A stretch of 62,713 bases of DNA, the filler included, from Perkinsus olseni (Eukaryota), in NCBI GenBank assembly GCA_013115125.1. It is 6 parts of 6 records of this genome, joined end to end, with 100 filler letters (N's around TTAATTAATTAA, not from the genome) between each part and the next. Parts side by side here need not be neighbours in the genome. Positions count along the whole stretch, not along the records: positions 47,873 to 59,653 come from JABANN010000816.1; 5 more parts are not named here. One strand, 5' to 3'. The notes under the pieces were generated by a model. It was not told where the DNA came from. It was given only the letters and a program-made list of their open reading frames with translations, and did not search any database. Position numbers and translations under genes: made by a program. Of the stretch, positions 49,322 through 59,753 are shown one piece after another. Position 1 is the stretch's first letter; each line of letters starts with the position of its first letter.

Positions 49322-50052
49322 TTGTGGTTGTTGCAGGTGAGAGAGACTGTGGACTTTGAGAACTTGGTGCCTTTAGCCAGGGAAAGCAGTCCTTCCGCGG
49401 AGTCTGGCTTTGAGATCACACACCTTGAAGATAAAGAAGAGGGCAGCCTTTGTAAACTTCGCTGGAAGTTCTCTGATTTTTCCCTGTTCCCAAGAGGTGG
49501 TGACGAAAGACTGAGTCTCTGGATCCATCTAGACACCAAACAGAAGGCTTTCACTTATATCAAGGCTAACTCGCAGTTTGGGACTTATCTTCGTGACTTG
49601 ACCATCAAGAAAGGCGCCTCAAGTATTCAGTTCGCTACTCTTGCTGCTAGTCTTCATCCCATCTTTTGCATTCTTACTTCAGGGACAACAAAGATGAGTT
49701 AATGGTCAGCGCTTCAGAACATGGTCGTGGGGTGAGTGGGTTGGTGGATCCTGAGGTCAAAGTGGGGACGAAAAAGAGACGCCAAGCTGAGAAAGCACTC
49801 TCAGAAGGAGGCCCTTTCTCCCCTTTTGCTCACCTGAAGGGACACGCGCTAGATCGTCTCATCGAGGATATCGATTGGGAAGCAGACGGGGCCGAGGGCA
49901 CATGCGAGAGGATATACTACTTCCTAGCCTTCAACGCTCCCGAGGGTTACACGAACAAGAACTTGGTTTGGTGGTACGACTTCGTCAATAAGAACGCTCT
50001 TAAGATCGAGAAGAAAATTAAGGATTTGCAGAAGGATTTGAATCGTGATTGA
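49322..50052 (+). CDS. Hypothetical protein, multi-exon; boundaries uncertain
   Basis: Two overlapping protein-like ORFs with acceptor-like TTGCAG upstream. No family recognised. Confidence 0.4.
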
Positions 50053-50090
50053 GGATTTGTGGTTTCTCGACCAACACTGGAAGAATTTAG

Positions 50091-50371
50091 GTGATTATCT
50101 TATTTTGTCAATATGTTGATGTATGCTCATATCGTCGAGTGAAGGTGTCTAAAATAGTAAACAACAGTTATGAGTTAGTAGTAGATTGATAATGGCTACC
50201 CTACCATCTAGATATCAGTGCAACAGCCAAATACTCTGAGTTGCAGTCAGAGACGAATTGAACATGTTGTGGTATGTCGAGGAGAAAGGGTGAAAGTGAT
50301 TATCCATTTTTGTCAATATGTTGATGTATGCTCATATCGTGTGAAAGGTGTCTATAATAGTAAACAACAGT
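50091..50371. repeat. Direct repeat of ~77 bp (50091-50168 and 50296-50371)
   Basis: Shared TTTTGTCAATATGTTGATGTATGCTCATATCGT..AAGGTGTCTA.AATAGTAAACAACAGT. Confidence 0.9.
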
Positions 50372-52360
50372 AATGCGTTACTTGTGAATTAACGATGGCC
50401 AACCAAAGTCGTGCGCTGGCAACGACCCTCGTTATGACACGGAGTCTCCGTAGCGGAGGTGCGAGCGAAAGCCAAATTTCGACCGTTAGTATGAATTAGG
50501 CAATACCAGATTCGTATCGGAGCGGAGGGTATCAGTAGCGGAGGGAAACCGGGGAGTCTTCAGTCTTTCAGAGCTTCTCAATATTAGGTCTACTGAATGG
50601 AGCTTTTTGGTATGTACTACGTAGCATTCGTGGGGGAAATCTGAGGGACGCACTTAGGTCACCGTGACCACCCGAATTTTTCACCCACCCCCAGTCTGGG
50701 GGCCCCAGATGCCCCCGGCCAGAGGACGGTGCTCTGTCAGACAGTGTAGTTGTGCAAGTGCACAACTATGGCTCCTAAGCTTAGCCTGACGCTAGTTGAT
50801 GACTTTATCAGTGTTATTATTGGCAGAATCTCAGGATTCCACTGAACCATTGACTTCAGTTCCCTAATGGTTAACAGACAGAGCCGCGCCTTCTGTTCTG
50901 TAGCGAACAGAACGCTTTCACCTGCATAGACCAACTCCATGGGCAGGCGTATTTGAAATGACCTGGTTCTTAGGTAAGACCCGCATGATACGTTTAACAC
51001 TGATCAACACATGATGTGTCCAACATGGGACTGTTCCTGCCGGCCTGATATCACCATCATGATGATGGTGTCTTCACGTACAGTCTCACAAGAGTGACTT
51101 AATCGTGGAAGCCTACGCACCGGAGGGTTGTTCGAAGGGCGATCCAACGACGAAAGTCCTTGGATCGCAAATCGCAAACATGGTCAAATCGTTACCAAGG
51201 AAAACTTGATGACAAGCTGACTGTCAGCTACTGACAGACAAAAAATGGCTTCGGGTTCACGCGTTTCGCACGACCGCTTCCTTTCCGTCGAGGACGATAA
51301 ACTACAGTACCAGGATGTTACAACTGGACAACGATCAGTTAGGATAAACTGCATCCATCCTGGCTAGCGCTCTAGCCAATGTCGCTAGCACCCAAATCTT
51401 GTCCTCTTTCGTCCTGGTTTGACCGTCGATGAAACCCGTCGGGGTTTACCTCGACACGCCAGAAAGCTCAACTTCTCTGAGATCCTCGAAACGGAAGGAA
51501 GCGTGGAAGCCAAAAGGCAAATCTTCCAAATGCACGAAGACCAAAAGACAAGCAGACAAACCTCGCTCATTCTGCGCTGTCTCCGGGGACAGCGACTTAT
51601 ATTTTGAAGTATTCCTTGGATTTTGTTCATATTCCTTGGCATTTGGGCTTCGCCCCATGGTGATTGCTCACGATTAATCGGCCTGTACAACTGGATAACG
51701 CTGCTGCTCGTGTGTTTGGCTGCTTGAAGCTGCTGATGGAAGCCTCACTTGTGACCTGTATAATTTACCATATCAGGCGTTACTAATTTCGACTTATAAG
51801 AGTTCAAGGGGAATGAGCTGTTGCTCGCTAGAGTCGAGAAAGATCGGTTTTGCTACTAGCGGAAGTGACCGTCCGATCTCGCTCGCGGACGAAATTGATT
51901 TTACCAAGGGCGCGGCATAGTGGTCCGTCGTCTTAACGAAGAAGTTGATTAAACTACAGGCGAGATTAGACTTCAAAAGGGGTTATGAATTGACACTTGT
52001 GGAAGCTGTGAGGCGCTCACACATCGTACGGAGCCTCGTTCCTGACATCTCATGACGTTGGGCAGAATGGAGGCCACGTCGAAGATCCGTACGCTGTGTC
52101 GATGTCCCCGTACGCTGTGTCGCATTTTTGGTGGGTGGTGCGGGAGGGAATGTTTTTTCTTTGGCGAGCTTCCTCCCTCGCCTATACATTAAAGAACCTT
52201 AAGGCCTTGAGCGGCGGCCATCGTGCTTGCGTGCGGCTCCTGTAGTGTACGTGCGCACAAACTGCGTCGTGCGCCACAAATTGTGCCGAACCGCTGTGCA
52301 GTTGGAAGCTTTGCCTCACTCCGACTACCAAACGATTCTGTCAGCTGGCCATCGACAGCG

Positions 52361-55062
52361 ATGCCTATCACCACCACCCTAATAACCTACTTAGTTGTGT
52401 GTGCTGTGGTAGGGTCAGCTCAGTGGGAGCAGTGCGCCGACCCTGTGATCGGCTTTGACAAGACGAGGAGTGTTGACTACTTCCCTCCCAGTATACCGTA
52501 CTTTGACCAATACTCCACAACCATTAAAAACTACCAGTCCCACAAGTGAGTGACTGTGTCTAACTTTACACCAGCGGTATCAGTTTAACTCAGATACTAT
52601 GCCACGCTAGAAGTACTTTCGGAGCCTTCGGTCACGGTCAAAGTTCTCTTCATACGCTGCGGTACTGAGGATCCGACCGTCGATGATCCTCAAAGCTTCA
52701 CCGACTACATCAAGGTCACTACCCCCGTGAAACAGCTAGGCTGCACTGAGACCTTAATGGTATGCTGAGTTACCCGGTGAGACATGCATAGTAGCTCCCA
52801 TAGGTGGGCATACTCGACAAAGGCTTGGGCAAATTGGCCACGGTGACTGCATATCTGACCAAGTCGGACCTGAGGCTGCCGCGTGAACCCTTGCTTGAAG
52901 CTCGTCTCCCTCAAGTAGCTTGCCGTATCACCACTATCAGTACCGCCTGACAAGCCATTTCCAGATCAACACTTGGGTTTGCACGCCCACTTCTTCGAAG
53001 TCGGAGTGTGGAAAGGAGACTGGATGCTCGTTCGTATCTGGCAAGTGCAGAGGAACATTCACTGGCCCCGACAATGCTACTAGACTCAATCAACTCAATG
53101 TAGGGGTGCTTCCGAAATCCCTGCGAGATTATCCGAGTCGTTTTCAGCTGTCCGCTGTGGTCGTGTCATCTGGTTCGGTCGATGCATACAAGGCTGTTGC
53201 GCCCCGCACGCCGATTCTACCCTTCAGTGATCGCTACGAGGCCAACCCTTTAGGAAGGGTCACCTGGATCTTCTTCTTCGGCCTGCTCACTGACACCGTA
53301 GGCCTCAGAGTTTCACTTCACTCGCGGTTTCCTGTCTCCGCTCCAGTACAGCGCGGCGGCTGCTCATTTCGCTAGCTGCCGCTCGAGTTACGTGCAGGCT
53401 GCGGCGCTTGCTGCTACAGCATCATACAAACCCTCTTTGTGGATGGGTACGGCTTTTCCAGGCTACGATTGGTACAGCCACTGCCGCGTCCGTTCGTCTT
53501 CACTCTTGTTATTATCAGGTACTTTCCGAAACCTAACTCTTATGTGGCCAGTATGATGGATGATGCTCATGTCTACTATATGTTCTCTGAGACCAACATT
53601 CGAGCGCTCAACCCGAAGCTACGAACTCTGGGAATATCGGGTCAAGTACCACTCTGTTGCCGGACGCTCCTTGCTGGCCTTCTTACACGGTGACAGGTCA
53701 ACAACACTCCGGTGGCATTGCAAGGTCCTGGCAGTACAGCTATCTATGCCCAAGGGGTTGACTACTACATGCCGAGGGCTGGCCTCAATGAGAAGAAGGT
53801 GCCCGTAGCCTCAGCTGCCGGCCATGCTTTCAACAGCATCTGAAAGGTATCAGAAGTCGTTGCTCGGAACAAGGCGATCAATTTGACAAGTTGGCGAGCT
53901 GTGCGTTGCCACGGCGGTCTTATCGACCTCAATAAGGTATTCACAATATCCTCTATTGAAGCGCTCTCGTCCCTGCTACCAATGCTCAGCAAGGGTTCCC
54001 CAACCCGATTTTTTATGACGGTATCCTGAACCCTGATCTGCTCCTGAAAGATGTTATCTACCTCACTCATCCGGAGCTAAGAGGTGACAATGCTGATAAC
54101 ATCACCATCGAAGGACGCCGATGAGTGGTTATTCAGCCGTAATGGACTATGAAACGGTTTACTACATGGCCTACCAGCAGGACATTCCTTGGCTCGCTTG
54201 CCCGAATCCAGACCCCATTCCGAGAGTGCCTCCAACGGATGGGAAATCTCTGATAATTTCCGCATACCAGGTGACGTAGCCTTGGATTTCGCTGTGACGG
54301 ATCTTCTATAGATCACCGGGATCCGTAGGCAGCTGATCGACATTGGTCTCTACGAGCCCTCAGCCTCCGGGAAGACGTCTCTGTACGATAAACTGAAGGG
54401 CGAGTTGAAGCCAGATATGCTCAACCTGGGTTTTGCTACTAAATCCGACACCAACCGCAGACGTTTGAGTGGCAAATCTGACGACAACCTCGTCCTTGAA
54501 GTCGTTGCCGTCGTAAGGGACCTCCTTTATCCGCTACACGGTCCGGGGATCACTCTGTCAGGTGAATGACGCGGCCGTCTCGGGCGGAGTTGGATTTGCT
54601 GAGGGCAAAGCGGCCAGCTCTATAAGTGAATGGTTGAGGGGCCAAGATAACGAGGGAGGGAGTCCCGATGCAGTCCTAGATGGCGAGCCTGTTGTCTACA
54701 CCCGAGGTGAGGCTGATTGTTGTCTACTCGTTGTTAAAGGAAGACAATACTCTCGTTTAGCAGGTACCCGAGCTCAGAATGGTGCCAGGGGTTTGTCATC
54801 CGGTGCGGTGGCGGGTATCACCCTGGCCTCGGTGGCGGTCTTCATTCTTATTCTCGTCGTCGTTTATCTCGTCTATCGGAGGTGGTCCAGTCCCAGAAAC
54901 ATTACAACGATCGCCTATCCGTAAATCAGGTACCGTAAGAAGGGTGAGGAGGAGAAGGGCCTCAAAGAAGGCCTACCGCAGCAGCAAGATCCTGAGAGCC
55001 CCTCCCTCATCCGAGCTGCTGCCAGTGGAGCTGGCACTCAGCCTGTTGTTCAGGCGACATGA
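52361..55062 (+). CDS. Membrane-anchored periplasmic-binding-protein-like (BtuF/CBA1-like) protein, multi-exon
   Basis: Signal peptide, DYFPP, LFIRCGT, and YEANPLGRVTWIFFFG (compare ExxPLGRAEWIKF). C-terminal TM helix GAVAGITLASVAVFILILVVVYLVYRR and a short tail. Confidence 0.7.
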
Positions 55063-56249
55063 AGATAGCTGCTGAGCTGATCTGCTCAGCTTTTTTTCTG
55101 CCGAGCTTATCCTTTCAACAGTAATAGATATTCGTAGTCTATCGCGACTTTCTGTTTCAAACGCGAGCAATCTTTTAGGCGTTGTGCAAGTTCACGCCCG
55201 GCACTTCCAACATCCGATCTTGGAAAGACCACAACATGGTACAGATATATTTGAAGAGCAAGGGAGCGATCGAACATGGCACGGAATCAAATCGCAGCTG
55301 CTCTCCGGCAGAGGTATCACGCCACACCGCGCATGGTCTACGGAGAAGCGTTCCTCGCTATGTGAAGTTGTTTGATCGTTGGTCGTGCAACTACCGTGGA
55401 TTTTGTAATCGTTGAATTCATTGGACTTCGTCAAACGGGGCACGCGCAGGACGCGAGTGTGCACACGTACAGACTACCACAACATTAGCTAAACCCAAGA
55501 ACGAGCCGTTACTGTACACGATCAGTGGTAGGAGTCATCAAAGGGGGTGATGTAGTTCTGTAAGACAGCTCGAAGAGCCCTCCTACCATGTTAGTGCCTT
55601 CACCAAGCCCTGGTATCCCAAGGCTTCGCCTTTACAGGGCCCCTCCGATTCCCTGTTGTCACAGTCTACGTCTCACATAGACAGTTTCGTGCCTGCGGGC
55701 CCAAGTAGTCCCTGTAACGGACAGACCAGTGCTCAACGAGCACTTCCTCTGTGCAACTGTTGCTCCCAGAGTTATTTCGTATTGATCTTCGCGCCATCTA
55801 AGGAGCGTGCACTTTTCTTAGGCAAATCCGGAAAACGAAGGTTTTTCCGTTCACAAAGAGGGAAGGGTTTATCTCGTTGGCGGTGGTTCATCGAGATCAC
55901 GACTGAATGCTGGGCATCAGAAGATCAGAGAAAGTCAGGATCTCGCCCCATTACTACTTTCAACCAAAAGTTCCCTATTATCGGAGAAGGATGCCCTCCT
56001 ACTATCATTTTACCCCTGTCGCTAAGAAGTCGTTCGAGAATTATAAAGCGATCCTGGAGGAAGATTGGCAATCTTAGATTGCGGTCTGTCTCTGAACGCG
56101 GAAGCCTTTCACGACATTTATCCCTTCAGCGGCTTTTTCGTCATCAACCTTGATAATACATTACAACAAATTCTCAAACCTATAGAGTAGTTTTCAGGTT
56201 TTTATCAATTTGATAATATCAAAAAACCTTCCCTTGGGGTCTACGATTC

Positions 56250-57223
56250 GTAGACTACGAAGTCGATTAGGCGTCGTCCGAGGCCTTCGGCATCGGAATA
56301 GAAGTGAGCTACGATACCAACGAATGAGCTTCGTGAGCTTCGTGACCAAACATCACATGTGATGCCGATATCTGGGATGCTGCTCAGCTCATCTGAAGAC
56401 GTTAAAGTACCAGAAAGTACGACTGATGTTTCTCACCTGTGATGGCCTTCCTGTGATGCTGGAGTTCGGGTCTCTTGATCTCTCGGGCGAGTGAACTCCG
56501 AGGGGGCATCACGAACGATACGCATAAGGACTTCACGAACTTTTGAAATGCAGCGTTCTCGACCACGTTCAAGGGAAGACCAGCTTCCACCACAAGCTCG
56601 ATAAGGGTTTCAAGAGAGAAAGTTCGCGCTCCTTTTTGTTTCGAAACCCTTTGAAAGGGTCCCTTTCAAATTCCGCCTCGGTCTCAGCTTCCCGAACAGT
56701 GCGGGGTTTTTCGTGCGCCCTTACACCACTCAAGCTGCCGCGATACATTTTGATCTTCTTGAAGCAACGAGGGCACTCTGCCATCGGAACCCCTTCGCCC
56801 TCACCCTCCATGGGATCGACTCTGCGCCACTTCGGGAAATGCTTCTCCAGGCTTGTGGATCGCTTGCGCGAAGCAGATGACATGGTTAATAAACGGTTAA
56901 AGCCTTTATGGCGGACTGGCTTAGAACAGCTTCGAATGGCATATTCGAACTGACATCGAACTCTACGAGAGAGTCTCTCGGAGAGACGTTGCGCGCCGTG
57001 CAACGGGGTACTTCAAACTTTGAAGTTTGAAGCTGGCGAAGCGAGGTTCTTTGAAGTTCAAAGAACCTCGCTTCGCCAGCGTGCGATACACCTTCTATGC
57101 TTTTACGGTACCGTAACTCGGTACGGTACGGCTTTTGAACCCGTAAACGTTCTTATCAACTTACGGACGGTAAGTTACCGTACCGTTACGGTTACCGTCG
57201 GTAACCGTAATTTTTCCCATGCA
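56250..57223 (-). mobile_element. Decayed hAT DNA transposon, 5' end with subterminal repeats
   Basis: Minus strand begins TATGCATGGGAAAA (hAT-like TIR), followed by many (T)ACGGT/ACCGT(A) subterminal repeats at 57104-57209, upstream of the transposase remnant. Confidence 0.7.
56270..56883 (-). pseudogene. hAT transposase, frameshifted and 3' truncated
   Basis: BED-like finger (KHF..AECPRC..GSLSGVRAH), LPLNVVENAAF..PPRSSL, first catalytic Asp in GITCDVWS, and SFVGIVAHF. Confidence 0.85.
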
Positions 57224-57364
57224 TAGTTTTATGCCTGATATTGTTCCGCCATTGGTACCGCCATTGCCGCACTTATCAAAGTCAAGTTCGCAAAGAACAG
57301 TTCGTATTTGCTGTTATGTTCTTGCCTTCATTGCTGTGATTCCTCTGCCCTGAGTATTATATAG

Positions 57365-57526
57365 CGGAACTCCGTACTACGGAGTCCGTAGTGCCATGCT
57401 CCTATAGGTCGCCAAGTCAACTCTGTTCTACCATAGCTATTTTTTTGCTGTGTACGCAAGTACAATTCTGCCTCTCGGCTTACTCTGTGCTGTTGTGTTA
57501 AGCACAGTGCCAAGGGCATCTGCAGC
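57365..57526 (+). repeat. Dispersed repeat, second copy of ~37045-37200
   Basis: Reverse-complement near-identity with the contig 4 copy. Confidence 0.85.
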
Positions 57527-58028
57527 ATCTGGTGCCCAGGCCCAGGACTTCGAGAACAAGGAGATGCCCTTCAAGCTTGAGAGCGTGTTCGAAAGAGTGA
57601 GTTCAGAAGGAAGAGTGGCAGACGTTACACTCCCTCGGAGGGAGTCCCTCCCGCCTCGCCTTGACTGTGTGCATGTAATCCAGGGAACACAATACCCAGA
57701 TATAGGAGAAGTGAATTTCAATAACGTATTAACAGATCAATGGTACATCACTTGAGCCCAGCAGAAGGCATTGTCTTCTAGACGATCTCACAAACAATGG
57801 CGTGCACGCCTGCGACACGACAACTGTTGTCGTGCACTGTTGTCGGACAACAGTGCAACACGGTGAAGCAATAGTCCCATCTGAGACCAGTTTTACTCCC
57901 GGAGGCAATCGATCTCGAATCAGCTTGTCCATGTAGCTGGTCAACCGTACCTCCGGTGTACTCCGACTGTGGAAGCAATCTCTAAGCGCTTGGCCTGTAC
58001 CGCAGCGGCACTGCTTCCGCTAGTAGCA

Positions 58029-58069
58029 GCTGGGAGACTCTGTAGCGGCCTGCTACAGAGTCTCCCAGC
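58029..58069. repeat. Perfect inverted repeat (18-bp arms, 5-nt loop)
   Basis: GCTGGGAGACTCTGTAGC-ggcct-GCTACAGAGTCTCCCAGC. Confidence 0.93.
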
Positions 58070-59653
58070 CGCCTAGGTTCTCACTTCCTCACCTACTCCG
58101 TACTCACCTTGATTCACTGGTTTCTTTTACTTCATTTCTGGGGTTTTATCTACTTCTCTCCCGCATCACTACTGTCTCCTGTAGTTCTGGGTTGAATGCG
58201 CAGGGTTCGACAGGGGTAAAACCAAGAGCGAAAGGACGCCCTCCTTCTTTTTCCCGGATACGACATAAGCTGTAGGGCATGCCGTTGGGTCCTACAGGCT
58301 GTAGCTTGCTGTAGTACAGCAAGCTAGAAAATCGTCATATACCAGCTACTCAGCCTTTGCATTGTGGTTTCTCATTTTATGAGGGAGAAGATACAGCCGT
58401 GTAACCTAGCCTAGGTCACCTAGATCGCGGGGCCCGCGACGCGGGCAGAGTGCTTCGACCTGGCAGTTGCTGGCCCAGTTCTGGCACCTGAGCTGCCGTC
58501 TCTGTTTCTGGCGAACCTGTTTGACACGGCTGTCGGCTACTCTGAGATGCCTCACAAGTGGCATTCCGCTGCTCAGTGCTCATTGCACTGTCCGGATTTC
58601 GCAAAAACCTCCTCCCAGTCCCCCGCGGTTCCGGTTTCATCTCCGTCAAAAGTCAACGACGATTGTGATATCTTAGCTTCAAAAGCGATGTTTGCCGTGA
58701 TTCAATCCTCGACGGGGAATCGCCGTGACGGAGAACAAAGCGCCGTTCAAGACTTCTCGAAAAAATTGTGAATGGCCAGTAACGCTAACCAGCCTAGGCG
58801 TGATCACCGTGCTCTTCGTAGCCGGCATGATGCGGGCTACAACACAGAGCTCACATGATGTAAGTCACATCGAGGCTTGAAGGCATCCACCAGAATTTTC
58901 GCTGGTCTCCGGAGACAAAGAGGGGTGGACTGTCCACCGTGGACATCCCAGGGGGCCGAGCACCACGAAGGATGAAGGCTCAATCCTTACGAAGGAGATG
59001 AACATCCCAGAGGGCGATCCCCCGAACAACCAGGAAGGGGGCTGGCCAGAGCCAAGAAAACACTAATCTCGGGACTTAAGAATCCCCGGAGATAGCGATA
59101 TCCGGCAGTCCTTCGCGGAGGCCGACCACGCGTCACCACGTCACGTGGTACGGTGCCACGTGTTCCACGTGACACGAGGCGAGATCGGCGATCTCAGATC
59201 GCACACGCTTACACCGAGAAACAAAGTTCATTGGACAGGAAAACTTCTCGAGGCAATGAATACTTCAACGGTATACCCGCGGTTGATCTACTAAATTTGA
59301 TGCAGGTTTAAACTGTGTTAGAGAGATGACGTCAATAAGACATAGCATATCCGGTTGTGTCACTCACGCTAGCAGGCTAGCGGCGAGATAAGCCTTGCTC
59401 GAACCACTCAGCGCCCGCCAGCTTGTCGACTTGGATGAGTCGGTTGAGCTTGTTAATGGGAGCGATCTTTGGTATGCATCATCTCGTCCTTGGATGCAGT
59501 CGATCAGGGTTCAAGTTTCGGCGGCGGATCATCTGCCGAACGCGGACGCGACCCGCGTCACGCAGGAACACCCGAGAAGCTGTTGTATTCTTCTTACTCA
59601 TACGTGGAACACAAGGCCAAAGGGAGCTTGTGAGATGGATCTTATGAAAGAGC

Positions 59654-59753
59654 NNNNNNNNNNNNNNNNNNNNNNNNNNNNNNNNNNNNNNNNNNNNTTA
59701 ATTAATTAANNNNNNNNNNNNNNNNNNNNNNNNNNNNNNNNNNNNNNNNNNNN
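59654..59753. other. Artificial contig linker
   Basis: N44-TTAATTAATTAA-N44. Confidence 0.99.

Noticed and set aside
11940-59753. Regularly spaced TTAATTAATTAA motif
   Set aside because: Artificial linker within N runs. Adjacency across linkers has no biological meaning.
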